DNA of 64,000 bases from Octopus vulgaris. Lineage: Eukaryota. Below, one piece after another: positions 27,796 through 41,547 of the stretch. The notes under the pieces were generated by a model. The model was not told where the DNA came from and did no database searches. It worked only from the letters and a program-made list of their open reading frames with translations. Position numbers and translations under genes: made by a program. The DNA is taken from NCBI GenBank assembly GCA_951406725.2, contig OX597828.1:11904001-11968000 (forward strand), written 5' to 3'. Position 1 is the first letter of the stretch. Each line of letters begins with the position of its first letter.

Positions 27796-27886
27796 CATGT
27801 ATGAATATTATATATATATATATGGATATATATGTATATATATATGTATATATATGTATATATGTATATATGTATATATATATAGC

Positions 27887-29164
27887 AACAGACGGCTGAT
27901 CTCCAACCAACATGGGTTCCGTAATGGAAGGGACTGCCTAACGCAGCTCCTGCATCACTTTGAGGACATTTTGAGAGCTTTGGGAGAGGGCTCCAACACC
28001 GATGTCATCTACCTTGATTTCAGTAAGGCCTTCGACAGGGTCGATCACAAGATCCTATTGAAAAAACTATCCAACATTGGTGTCTCTGGAAAGTTACTGA
28101 AATGGATTAAGTGTTTCCTGACAGACAGATCTCAACATGTTGTAGTTGAAGGGGTAAAATCAAGCCCAGCCAAAGTCAGTAGTGGCGTTCCGCAAGGCAC
28201 TGTGCTGGGCCCACTTCTTTTCATCATTTACATTAATGACATTATATATATCATCAAGCACAGCAACATAAAAATCTTTGCAGATGACTCCAAGCTACAG
28301 AAGGTCATAAATGAGGCGAGTGACCGGACATGCCTTCAGTCAGATCTACTGGCTGTTATCCAATGGGCAGAAAAAAACAATATGCTGCTGAACGAGGATA
28401 AATTTGAGCTAATCCACTTTGGAAAAGAGGATGCCCTGAAACTCCCATACTCCCTTCCTTCAGGTGAAACTCTCACGGCGTCCAACAACATCAGAGACTT
28501 GGGAGTAATTGTGGACAACAACGTAAGCTGGGCCACTCATATAAACACCAAAGTTGACATGGCCCGCAGAATGTGTTCCTGGATTCTCAGAACTTTCCAG
28601 TCGAGAGATATCCACACCATTATCCTTCTCTTCTCCACTTTTGTCCGACCCCACCTTGAATACTGTTGTCCACTGTGGTCTCCCCACACAATACAAGGTA
28701 TCATAAAAGTCGAAGCACCTCAAAGGGCAATCACAAAAAAGATAGATGGCATGACAGGCCTCGACTATTGGGGTCGACTAGAAAAGCTAAAACTCTATTC
28801 TCTTCAACGTCGTCGTGAGCGCTACATCATCTGCATGATGTGGAAAATATTCCATCAGCATTGCCCAAATGATGTTGGCATCACCTTTAAGGTACATCCA
28901 AGGCTTGGGCCCCGTGCCATCCGCCCAAAACAAAAATCGCACTCTCATCTCATAACAACAATACGGCACAATTATTTCACCTCAATTGGCCCCGCTCTCT
29001 TTAACATTACACCAAAACACATTAAAACAGAAACTGACCCTATAGGGTTCAAGAAGTCTTTGGACAGATTCCTTCAAGAAATCCCGGATAAACCCCCTAC
29101 ACCCGGATATGTCTCTGTAAACAATAACTCTCTACTTGAGTGGGCCATAGTGCCCAAATTCTGA
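27887..29164 (+). CDS. Reverse transcriptase ORF2 fragment (~425 codons, no stops); the first ~30 aa of the listed ORF are microsatellite
   Basis: [43 protein letters not shown] and LQRRRER motifs. Confidence 0.9.
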   Translation, partial: NRRLISNQHGFRNGRDCLTQLLHHFEDILRALGEGSNTDVIYLDFSKAFDRVDHKILLKKLSNIGVSGKLLKWIKCFLTDRSQHVVVEGVKSSPAKVSSGVPQGTVLGPLLFIIYINDIIYIIKHSNIKIFADDSKLQKVINEASDRTCLQSDLLAVIQWAEKNNMLLNEDKFELIHFGKEDALKLPYSLPSGETLTASNNIRDLGVIVDNNVSWATHINTKVDMARRMCSWILRTFQSRDIHTIILLFSTFVRPHLEYCCPLWSPHTIQGIIKVEAPQRAITKKIDGMTGLDYWGRLEKLKLYSLQRRRERYIICMMWKIFHQHCPNDVGITFKVHPRLGPRAIRPKQKSHSHLITTIRHNYFTSIGPALFNITPKHIKTETDPIGFKKSLDRFLQEIPDKPPTPGYVSVNNNSLLEWAIVPKF

Positions 29165-29254
29165 CTTGAAAGACTTCACCAGGTGGTGCTGTTAAGTTAG
29201 ACATGGCCTGGGCCAATAATGGCCGAAACCTATCAAAGTATCAAAGTATCAAAG

Positions 29255-29256
<2 letters not shown>
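27887..29256 (+). mobile_element. 5'-truncated CR1-group LINE inserted in (TA)n
   Basis: RT ORF plus 3' UTR hairpin GGCCAATAATGGCC and a (TATCAAAG)3 tail. Confidence 0.92.
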
Positions 29257-29352
<96 letters not shown>

Positions 29353-29697
29353 ATATATATATACATAATCAGTCTGCATTCAGAGCAATGGTTAGTAATT
29401 TTGCGAAACCGGTATGTTTTTAAATCTCTTTAACAATTCACAATAATGACTTTTATTTCTTTTATTACTACCACAGTTCATCTAATTTTATATATTTATC
29501 GTTACTTTTTATAAAAAGCCTTTACTTTTTTGACTTCCGATGTGCATTTTCACTCATTTTTCTTATTACCTTCCCCTTACATTTCCACGTGTAGGTCCAG
29601 TAAAGATACAGTAAATACATGTTAAATAAAATTATGAACTTGAAAAATCTCCATTCTTTTTATTATTATCAAGTATACACACATATATATATACATG

Positions 29698-29754
<57 letters not shown>

Positions 29755-29928
29755 ATGTATATGTATATGTATATGTATATATATATGTATATGTATATAT
29801 ATATGTATATGTATATATGTGTATGTATATGTATATGTATATGTATATATATATATGTGTATGTATATGTATATGTATATATACATTTCAATGCATATAT
29901 ATACACATACGTACATACATACAGACAG

Positions 29929-29961
<33 letters not shown>

Positions 29962-30383
29962 CATACATACATAATATACATACATACATACATACTATAC
30001 ACATCGCGTTAAAGCAATTTCGAATGTCACCTGCTATCATTTACAAATCACTTATGCGAATACAGGCTTGAGTAAAAATCTTGAAAGGGACAGTTAAGCG
30101 TTTCTACATCCACTAAAATATTTACGTAAGACTTTTGCTCCTATGGAAAACAAAATTTATTGAGAATTATGGGTAAGATTTCTTTCCAATTATGAATCTA
30201 ATATTTATTGAGGGATGAAACCTTAAATGAAATTATTAGAATAAAGAGGAAAAGTGTAAGGAACAGTCTAAGGCAAAACCAAAAATAAATAAAATATGGA
30301 AATTATTGCACCACTTGCATAAGATGTTACATCATATTTTATCAGTTAACAGGATTTTCAGGTATTATTATTATTATTATTAT

Positions 30384-30439
<56 letters not shown>

Positions 30440-30829
30440 GTCCTGTCACACGATGCAAAAAGAAGCTGCATGCAATAAGGATCTTTGATATATTAGACGT
30501 TTACTAACTTTTACTCACGGGGTTCTGTTATGAAAAAAAAAAAAACTAAATGAAACTATTAGCTGGCTGAAAGTGATCACGTTACTCTCAATAAAATGTA
30601 AAAATATAAAAAAGATTGAAAAAAAAATGTGCACTCCGTAAAAACATTCTCACAGTCTCACTGTCACGCTTGTTAGTTGTCCTTCAATAGCTGTCCCCAC
30701 CCAGTGTCTGCAGTTACTTGTAAGCGACGTCTAGCTAGTTATTTTCTTCCTTGTTATATTATACACGCACATACACACAGACACGTTCGCACACAAACAT
30801 TATATATCTTTATATATTTAAGTGTGAGA

Positions 30830-30890
<61 letters not shown>

Positions 30891-31269
30891 TATGCACATA
30901 CACACACGTACATTATATATATATATGTACATGCACACATACGTACATATATATATATAGTATTACATACATATAAGTGAGATTACCACCTATGTGGACA
31001 CCCTAATGCTAGAAGTAGATCCGCTATGGTCTTACCACTAAGAATTGTTCTCTAGAAAATTTAGCAAACACCAGAAACGTAAGCGAGCAAGACAAATGAA
31101 AAGTAACAAAAATATAGATTAATCATAAACAATGTGTCACTATTAACAAATTACGTAATTTTACTCGCGCAATTTATCTGTAGATTTTCAGTACGATCGT
31201 CCATACAAATATAATTTACAGAAGTATAGGTAGAACTACATACATATTCGACCTGGTGCGGATGTCCGG

Positions 31270-31800
31270 TGTGTAGTTCTGCAAATGTCAAGGTGAGCTA
31301 CTCCTACTTAGACAACATCGTGTCCAACATCGCACGTATTAACAGACGTAAAATTGTATCCCCACCACCTCCAATCCCAACCTACAATTTCCAAAACCCC
31401 ACTATATGCCCTCTAGAAGGATCCTGCCTCGCAAGGGCCGTAGTATACAGAGCCACTTTTACACCATCTGATGGCATTACTAGGCATTATAAGGGTATGA
31501 CAGTCAAGGGAAGATACTCCTATGCACCCGTTCAGATCCTGTGACAGAGAAAACTCTACGTCCGTGTTTCATTTTCTCTGGAAACTCCGTGACCTCCGAG
31601 ACAAAACACCCAGCATCAAGTCGACAAATTGTCGACAGGGCGCTCCCATATTCACTCGGCGACCCTAACTGCCAACCCTGCCTCCGCGAAAAACTGTATA
31701 TCCTCCAACAACCCGCAGTATACATTAAAAAGAAATACGATTTATCCTACTGATGTCACCCGCAGTATGCCCTTCTGACAAATTTCAATCCTCCGACTGC
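31270..31800 (+). pseudogene. PLE (Naiad-like) linker and GIY-YIG endonuclease fragment
   Basis: VKVSYS..NI...CPLEGSCL..VVYRA..YKGMT, then CQPCLREKLYIL...SY*CH. Confidence 0.75.
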
Positions 31801-32273
31801 CTACAACTTGAATATACAAAATTAGTACCAGCTGCTAATCTGCATCAAGGTCACCGTCAACAACCAGCTCCATGGGCAGTTACCAATCCTCAAGATTTAC
31901 CAATCATCAGTGCTGATAAATTTTTGCGCACAGATGACCCATATATACATACTTTTCTCACGTATACATTACATCTAATCGCCCATCAGAAATCATAGGG
32001 GTAAATACAGTGCCGCAGGATGATATAATGACAAGAGAACTCAAAATTATTTATACTTAGAAATTGAGGATATAATCATTAACATAATTATATCAGTGGC
32101 TTGCGTATAAACGACGACCATATCAGTAAAATTAACTTTTAAGTATATAATTATAAATATATAATCATAATTAAGGATACTGGAATGTCTGCGCCTAAAC
32201 GCTAGAAGTAAATGTCAAATACCTACAATCCACTTTAAGTTATATCAATACAGCATAGTCTTTACACACATAC

Positions 32274-32376
<103 letters not shown>

Positions 32377-32436
32377 AATAATATATATGTATCCATATAT
32401 ATATACGTATATGTACATACTGATATATATATATAT

Positions 32437-33225
32437 ATACATGCATATGTGGGCACAGGACGTCATGAAACGTGCACAACAAAACAGTAAGAAGCACAAG
32501 TACATGGAACATGAACTATTCTTTCGAACAACGGAAAACAAAACAAACAACATAAAGAACGACCCTCCATCAGTTGTTGGTTGTTTTTCTAGCCTCTTAT
32601 TTCGAGCATTTAACAACAATATACGCTTTCGATTAAACAGTTGCTCCCGCAAAGCAAATTATATAAAATTTGGGATTTGGGAGTCAAAATAGGTAATACA
32701 AACAGCACAGTGAAAACAAACCGGAAGGGTTGCTGGGCCTAAACGGGGTTGTGGTGGCAAACGCGTGAATGAAGCTAGGACAGGAGACAAACAAAAACAC
32801 GTCTTTCTTCTTCCAGCTACAACGCAGAGAATGATAGATGGCCGATGGTCAGTGGAAGCTACGTGAGCAAGGGAGGGGGAGTGAGGGAGAGAGAGTGACA
32901 GAGTAATAGGATAGAATATTGGGAAAAGAAAAGGTAAAAGAACAAGAGAGAGAGACAGACAGACAGAAAAACGAAAGCGTAAAAAGATCGTACAGAGTGC
33001 GCATCAGAATTATTAAGATAAAATATATAATAATATAAATAATGGTCGAAATCCGAGACTAGAAAAATAGACAACAACCGATGAAGGGTCGTTTTTTATG
33101 TTGCTTCTTTTGTTTTCCAGTTATGTCATTCGTTGTTCGAAAGAAAATTTCAATTTCCATGTACTCATGCTTCGTACTTTTTTCTTGCACACGTTTCATG
33201 ACATTCTGTGCCCACACATGCATAT
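32437..33225. repeat. Inverted repeat pair (~165-bp arms) between TA tracts
   Basis: GTGGGCACAGGACGTCATGAAACGTG (~32449) vs CACGTTTCATGACATTCTGTGCCCAC (~33190). Confidence 0.8.
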
Positions 33226-33246
33226 ATATATGTGTATATGTATATG

Positions 33247-33318
<72 letters not shown>

Positions 33319-33435
33319 TATAGTTGTAAGTATGTACATATAGTTGTAAGTATGTATATATGCATATATATTATTTATATCATATGATTGAACATCACGC
33401 ATCCTCTTCCAAGTAAGTTTTATCTGTCCGTCTAC

Positions 33436-33492
<57 letters not shown>

Positions 33493-33529
33493 AATCTATA
33501 TCTATATCTACATCTCTCTACCTCTCTCC

Positions 33530-33596
<67 letters not shown>

Positions 33597-33734
33597 CAGA
33601 GGGAGACTAGGATAGGGAGATGGATTTCTGTACAAGTATGCGCATGTCCGCATGTATATTCACTAACATAAATATGTGAATGTCTGTGTATATATATATA
33701 TATTATATAAATGCATATGTATATATATATTTAT

Positions 33735-33900
33735 GTACAGGCTCTGGGGTGGCTGAATGGTAAAATGCTTGCATCGAAATCACATGGTTCTGGGTTCAGT
33801 GCACTGCGTGGCACCTTGGACAAGTGAATATTTTCATAGCCTCGGACCAACCGAATTCTTACGAGTAGATATGGTTGACAGAGACTGAAAAAAGCCCGCC
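33735..33900 (+). mobile_element. SINE B 5' half
   Basis: Head and GGCACCTTGGACAAGTG core. Confidence 0.7.
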
Positions 33901-33952
33901 ACACACACACACACACACACACATACACACACACACAATCACACACACACAT

Positions 33953-34005
<53 letters not shown>

Positions 34006-34087
34006 TAAGCCCGCCGCACACATATATATATAAAAAAACACAAAATGGGACAACAAAACATCCAGATATATACATACATACATACAT

Positions 34088-34118
<31 letters not shown>

Positions 34119-35129
34119 TACATACATACATACATACATACACACATACATACATACATACATACATACATACATACATACACACACATACATACATACA
34201 TACATACATACATACATACACACACACACATACATACATACATACATACATACATACATACATACATACATACATACATACATACATACATACATACACA
34301 TAGACATAGACGTAAGTGCAGATAGAAAAATTTTAAAGTACAAACAATGCATGTTTTGAAAAAAATTGTTATAATTTTTTCCTTTACATTATTTTGGCTT
34401 TATGTATCCGAATCTGTAAAGCATTTATGTATACAAATATACATATATATACATAAGCAATAATAAATCTCTGAGCAAGATTTAAGCAGCAGCAGCGCAA
34501 CATCGTGCGTTATATTTGCCACCTAAATTTTACTGATCATTATGAGACGATGCTACTGTAGTTTATAGCCCCAGGAAGACATCTCCACCAGCTGTCAAAC
34601 GTGAAACTGCCTGTGCCCGATCAGTATTTGTGAAGGGAAATCATCGTTCCCATCTCTAGCCTTACGTGATTTACGCGGACCCGGTTTCTGGGTAGTAACC
34701 TGTCATCAGCCTGTGCGAATCACCGGCTAGGGGAAGAAAAATGATTCCGAACACAAAATACAATATGCTTTTTCCAGTGACAAACCGTTACTGTTCACGA
34801 AAAAAAAAGATACATATCTATGTGCGAGATATAAACAGTAGCATCACGACATCGTGAAGTATAAATGCCACCGAAATGTGGATGATCCATATGAAACGAT
34901 GCTACTGTGGTTTATACAGAGAGCTTTCCCATTCGCGTGAGACACGAACCCACATCCTTTTATAAACACGACTAGGTGTGTTACCATCATTACATGCGGA
35001 TGTGAACGCCTACTTTTATCCGTTGCGGGATTATATGCCTCATCATTAGACTATTTTCCTTCGCCATTGCACGGTGATCGTTATAAGCTTTAAGCTAATA
35101 TAAATACTAATATATATATATATATATAT

Positions 35130-35335
35130 AAAGTTAATCCAAATAAGAAAGCAGAAAAAACACAACGCGAGGACGTGGAACAAATAAAGTATTATTGGAC
35201 GCTCAGGAAAGAAGAAAAGAAGGAGAGTTTAACGTTTCGAGCGGAGCTCTTCGTCGGAAACATAGGAGAAGGAAAGATCCAGAGAAGGGAAGACAGAGGG
35301 GAAAAAATCGCCAACGGTACACACGAGGTCAAACA
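35130..35335 (-). mobile_element. PLE terminal repeat, close copy of 26880-27095, with hammerhead motif (core variant CCGACGA)
   Basis: Minus strand GTTT-CCGACGA-AGAGCTCCGCTC-GAAAC-GTT-AAAC (35227-35261). Confidence 0.75.
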
Positions 35336-35696
35336 TGTTTGTGCATGGATATGTGTCTGTGTACTGGTCAATGGTCGCATTTTCATAATTGAATATGATC
35401 TTTTATTTTTGTTTCTACTTTCATGTTATTGAAAGACTCAACACGGTGAAATTTTATATAGTTACATATAGATGTAAGTGTAATTCTGTAAGCGTTATGT
35501 CAATTAAATTATAAAACAATGCTATTTAACAACAACCGCTGTTGATATATAAATGTATACGTGTCTAAGTATTCACCTAGATACAATTGCAATGTAAATA
35601 TTTACATATAACTGTTATTCTATAAAAATTCATAGCGATGCTAGTTGTATAAACTATGAATGCAATAGAATCAATATAAATTAATGAATAAATGAA

Positions 35697-35727
<31 letters not shown>

Positions 35728-36599
35728 AAATCAAATTGTGAAAATCCGCAGTTTCACTGAAAAAACATTTTCTATGTGCAATTGTGATAAATTGTATATG
35801 TATATGTTTATATATATATATAAGAATATTTTGCGTAATAAGATAAAAAAAACAAGGCTGTACAGATATTAGAGCATACACACGCTGACATAGAACCAAC
35901 GTTGAACCTTTTATTCGCAATATTACCGAATCTGGAATTTAACTATGGTCTGTCTATAGCACTTATTCAGCATTACCCGACACCTTTGGGTTTCAATGAC
36001 ACCATTATCTCCTATATATATATATATATATATATATGTACATTATGTATGCATATATACTCACGCCTACACACGCACGCCACATACACACACAAACACG
36101 CCCATACAAACATACACACATACACAGGCACATATACAAAATACAAACCAATGCTGCACATATCAGTTACTAGGATGTTTCATACAGACTGCTTGATATT
36201 GTAAACAACACATGAAAATCATGTAAAGAATGGAACTTTTAAGATAATCGCACGATCATACATTTAAATCTATTGAGATTACGTGTCTCTTTTCATTCTG
36301 ACCTCATTGGATTATTGTGAGAAAGAGAATTGTTAAGCCTACTCTTGCTCCATATAGCTGTCGGTTCGGGAAAAAAAACTCTCACAGAGAAGTGAAGGAA
36401 AATAGTCATTTCTCTATAAACCCAAAGATCACAACTTATTATATCTCTAAGAAATATGTAAAGGAAACATATATGTATGAGTTCTCTCTTGCAAATAACC
36501 AAATGTAAACGGGTAAAATTTTAAAAAGCTATAATTGCTATAGAAATCTGTAGTGGAACTACAGTTGCCGGTATTGCCCACCCGAGAGGGTAGCTACCA

Positions 36600-37720
36600 A
36601 TCCAATTGCCAATCTCCTGCCTAGGTCTTCGTTTGATCCATGGATAGATGTGCATTAAGGACGTCAACTGTGGAAGGTAGAAACTTACGTGCGGTGACCA
36701 CACCTGCTCCCCATCGAGGCACAGCCAGAGGTGCCTCAACCTTAACGCGAATTTTCGCATCTTTAGCCAAGGCATCCCTAGCCCCAATCTTTAGCGGTTT
36801 TGGGCAGCAAACAGAGCACTTCATAAATGGCTTTCCTCCCTTCGACAAAAAGCGGAAAAAGATTCTTTCCAACTTGTTCAGCCACAAATCGGAGCAAGGC
36901 ACAACGGTCAGGTTGTAGGTGATGACAGATGCTATGAACATCTGCACCACCTCCACCCACCCAAGAAAGGATAACGCCCGCCCAGACCAGGTCTGTGTTA
37001 GGGCAGTCACCTTGCTCGTGACCTCACTCCAATTCTTCTCTATCTGGAGGTCTGAACCGAGCCAGATCCCTAGCAACTTAAAGAGACCTTCCATCCAATG
37101 CCCCACGGCGTTATTGGACGACATCGACTTGCCCCCGCCCCTAGGTGCTGATTTGCAAGCCGACCGACTTGTACTCGTTAACCTTTGCTCCTGCCACTGC
37201 CTCGTATCCTTTGATGGCGTTTTCCACATAAGTAAGCTGTCTTTCTTCAGACACGATGATGGGGATGTCATCTGCTTACGCAGCAGCTCCTCTTCCACAC
37301 CACAGATCATGCAGCACGCCCCCTAACGTCTCCAACTTCTGCAGCAATGGCTCAAGAGCCAATACATACAAAAGCGGTGACAGGAAGCATCCCTGGCGTA
37401 CTGAGTGCTCAATCTTGAACGGTTTTGAAAACAAAAACCATACACTCGGACGATAGACTCGATGTCGCTGTACAAAGCAGCAATCCAACAGCGGAAAGTT
37501 AGGCCCGACCCCGCCTCCCCGAAGACCGCCGCAAGATACCGATGGTCGGCCCTATCAAATGCTTAAGACTGGTCTAAATGTACCAGTGCCCCACCTTTCC
37601 AGAAATTTTAACAAACTTCTCAAAGGAGTAGCGTATAAGATGGAGATTGTCGCGAATTGCTCTGCCCGGGACAGCGCAAGTTTGCACCTCCACAACAAAT
37701 CTGCCCACGACACGCGCCAA
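36600..37720 (-). pseudogene. Tx1/L1-clade LINE reverse transcriptase fragment
   Basis: QTCAVPGRAIRDNLHLIR, AFDR.DHRYL, VRQGCFLSPLLYVLALEPLL, *ADD and LGIWLG; many frameshifts. Confidence 0.88.
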
Positions 37721-38234
37721 CCTTATATCTTCATATATACACGCATATTCATATATACATATATTCACACATAGACACGCTCCTACACGTATTAAAAAAT
37801 ATTTTCATAAAGCCTATTAATTAAACATTTCGAAAACCAAAGTTTTTTGTTCGAAACCAGAGTGGAATCCAAGAAGGCGTTTATTTGCATAAAAGATACT
37901 TTGTCACGCGTATGTAAGATGTTAACATTTGTAACACTCAAATACGCTGTCTTTAATGTAGCGTGTTAACTCATTTGTGTGTGTGCGGGCATGTTTATGT
38001 ATGTATGTATGTATGTATGTATGTATGTATGTATGTATGTATATATATATATATATACATATATATACACACATGTACACTCTCACCAAACAGGAATATA
38101 CACAGAAACACATATATATATATGCATATATTTACAGAGGTGGGTATCATATTATTGTAGAGATTATTTTTCATTAACTTCCTATTGAAAATATAAATAT
38201 AAATGCATGTGTGACCCTCTCTCTCTTTCTCTCG

Positions 38235-38279
<45 letters not shown>

Positions 38280-38912
38280 AGTTTGTAAACATTTCTTGAA
38301 ATAATGGTGCTTTTCTTTCAGGAAATATTGACATTTCTATGATAAAGATTTATTCTTCAGAAAATTTCCATTGAGAACCTATATAGAATTAACTAAGTAA
38401 TTTATATGCTGTCATTAAGAAACGAAATAAATATCTCGGAAGAAAAGTAACATACACACAAATTTACAAAGTAAAATGGCTACACGAGCAGCTCTTAAAT
38501 AAAATATAAAATGTCAATGAAACATTTTTGTTTTAATGCTTTTATTTTATGTGTCCATCCTATGGCTATTACCTTCACCTTTAAAATTATGCAATTCTTT
38601 TAGAATATGGTTTAATAAATCATCTATAATATCAAAATCTGTTACGTCAGTTATCACTTGTATGTGTGTATTTGTGCTATGAAATAATAACGCTTTCATT
38701 TTTGTCTGGTATGTCAGATTCCGATAAGCTGTAAACTCGTTCATTTTTCTCATGGACATCTCTTGAATCACTTAATGAATCGTCTCGATCATTTCTTTTT
38801 CTCCTCGTACATGCACATTTCAGAAACTGTGCAGGATGATTCGGTATGAAGGATATGGCCGTGAATTGATCCTAATATAGTTTTAATGATCACATGGTCA
38901 TCAATATATATA

Positions 38913-39076
38913 TGGCGCAGCGTGGCTGTGAAATAAGAAGGTTGCTTCCCAACCACATGTTCCCGGGTTCAGTACCACTGTGTGGAACCTTGGGCAAATG
39001 TCTTCTACTATAGCCTTGGACCGACCAAAATCTTGTGAATGGATCTAGTAGATAGAAACTGAAAGAAGACCCGTCT

Positions 39077-39158
<82 letters not shown>

Positions 39159-39367
39159 CGTGAGTGTGTCTGTGTTTGTCCTCTCCATATTTTAGTGTGT
39201 TTACGTCCCCGTAACTTAGCGGTTCTACAAAAGAGACCGATAGAATAATTACTAGGCTTACAAAGAATAAGTCCTGGAGTCAATCAATTTGTTCCACTAA
39301 AGGCGGTGCTCCAGCATCGTCGCAGTCGAATGACTGAAACAAGTAAAAAGATAAAAGAATAAAAGAA
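38913..39367 (+). mobile_element. Full-length SINE B
   Basis: Family B head, core and tail. Confidence 0.85.
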
Positions 39368-39391
39368 TATATATATAAAATTTGGGCATGC

Positions 39392-39636
39392 AAGGTGTAT
39401 ATAAGCCATTTAAAAACACACAAAACCCGTTAGATTCACTTTATTTAAATTTAATTTTTCTGAAAGTATTTTCGTCATAATGAACTACTTGTTATATTCT
39501 CAGATGCCGCCCGAAACTTTGTCAGTGATGAGGTCGCGGTTTGAAAGCGAAGAAAATATTTTCACACAAATTAAATTTAAATGTTGAAGTGAATCTAACG
39601 GTTTTTGTGTGTTTTTAAATAGCTTATAAACACCTT
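39392..39636. repeat. Inverted repeat with ~85-bp arms
   Basis: AAGGTGTATATAAGCCATTTAAAAACACACAAAACCCGTTAGATTCACTT vs AAGTGAATCTAACGGTTTTTGTGTGTTTTTAAATAGCTTATAAACACCTT. Confidence 0.85.
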
Positions 39637-39808
39637 CCACGCTGCATGTGTTTTTGTCTCAGCATACGATCTAAGATCAAGTCACTTGCTATGCAATTAC
39701 ATCTCCGTAATATACTTTTTATTGATGTACCCGAAGAGACCCAGAACGTGTCGAAACATTTATTGTACCCAATAACGTCTATTACACATTCCATCTATTA
39801 CACATTCC

Positions 39809-40010
39809 CTATTGCGGGAAACGAATTTGCTCTTTATGTAGAGTCGTTCTCTTTCTCAAGGTCATACTCGTTTGTCCAATATAGTTGTGTTCGCAACCCG
39901 AGCAGGTTATTACATAAATTAGGTTCTCAGAGGCACAAGTAAAACTAGTTTTAATTGTGAACCTCTTTCCTTGTTTGAAAAGGAAATCCGAGCCTTCAAG
40001 CATTGTGAGG
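39809..40010 (-). pseudogene. PLE GIY-YIG endonuclease N-terminal fragment
   Basis: FTCASENLIYVITCSGCEHNYIGQTSMTLRKR...H. Confidence 0.85.
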
Positions 40011-40185
40011 TATAACACTAAAGGTGACTGATATGTAAGGCTGGAGCAAAGTAAACTACAAATTGAAAAGTAAACAGAACAAAGACGCAGTTTTAGCTTG
40101 TATTTCTACATTTCGAGGTAGAGAACCAGTCTCCAGGACATTTGTTAAAAAATGGTAATTGGATAAGATCGTTACTCAGATGCGT

Positions 40186-40265
<80 letters not shown>

Positions 40266-40802
40266 TTGCGTGTGTGTGTGTGTTTGTGGAAACGACCTTA
40301 TCCATTTACCGCTTTTTTTTTCCAATGTCCTGAAGATGGATTCTTCACCCCGAAATATAGAGATACAAGGAAAAACTGCACCTTTACTCGGTTTGCTTTT
40401 CCATTTCTAGTTTATTTCGTACTTTCTCGCATTGTTACAACTATTGCTTTCGAGTGCGGAGACTCTCCCTCAAAGTCCGCAAATATTGCAAGCATGTGTA
40501 CATTTTAGAATAATCTATGGTTGCATTCTAAAGTTACTACGAACCGCTGAGATAACGATTGAGAATTTTTGCTATTATACAAGATGTACCTGTGCAGACA
40601 GAGTATATTTCACGTAGACCTCCACTTTTTAGATCGACGATATGATATCGGTGTTACACATTGCATGACAAGACTAACTACCTATTAACCTCAAAATTTT
40701 ATTTCAGAGATAATTTCTCCTAGATTGGTTATTATCACAAAACGAAAGAACCTAATGTGTCCTTGTAAGGAAAGATGACCTGTATATATACACACATATA
40801 AA

Positions 40803-41023
40803 TACGAGGCGGTGCTGGGAAGTTCTTGACATGGGGAAAAGAAAATACAGGAGTATCAGTTAATTATGATTTTATTCAACATATTCCCCTCTCAAATTCT
40901 CACAATTATTTCAGCGGTCCTTCACTTTTTCTAAGCCCTCTTAAATGAACGAGGAAGATTACGCCTCCGACCTGGCCTTTCTAAATATTCTTAAAGCGGG
41001 GAACCTTTCAGCACCCCTTCGTA
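40803..41023. mobile_element. Mariner-derived MITE (~220 bp)
   Basis: TACGAGGCGGTGCTGGGAAGTTC / GGAACCTTTCAGCACCCCTTCGTA termini. Confidence 0.75.
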
Positions 41024-41056
41024 CATACATACACAGAGACACATAGACACACGCGC

Positions 41057-41162
<106 letters not shown>

Positions 41163-41206
41163 TTTGCTCCGCCTCTGTTCTATTTTTGTTTTTCCAACGG
41201 ATTTCC

Positions 41207-41300
41207 TATTTTCTTCCTGAAGAGAAAGACACAATATGGTCCCATTATTCCATCGGATTTTGGTAATTTGTGCCTTTCGAAACACGTGTAGAATGAAATA
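41207..41300 (+). ncRNA. Type I hammerhead ribozyme motif
   Basis: TTC-CTGAAGA(41217)-GAAAGACACAA...TTGTGCCTTTC-GAAAC-ACGT-GTA-GAA: 10 of 11 bp in stem II, palindromic stem III ACACGTGT. Confidence 0.75.
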
Positions 41301-41507
41301 AAACGATTTCTGTTCAATCTGCGTTCAGCTCCATTTCTTCAATTCACCAATAATGTTCTAATTTCAATTATCCGCACCAACGCACGGTTGCAACACCATA
41401 TGGTAGTACCTCCAACCGTGCTGTTTTACCGCTGTGATTTTTGCTACTAAGGTATCGGTTAAACTTTTGATTAATCTACTACAAGATTATTCATCTTTCT
41501 ATTTCAC

Positions 41508-41544
<37 letters not shown>

Positions 41545-41547
<3 letters not shown>

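Noticed and set aside
31895-31940. CATC.GTGC...GCAC.GATG hairpin as a possible SECIS
   Set aside because: It lacks the AUGA/GA quartet
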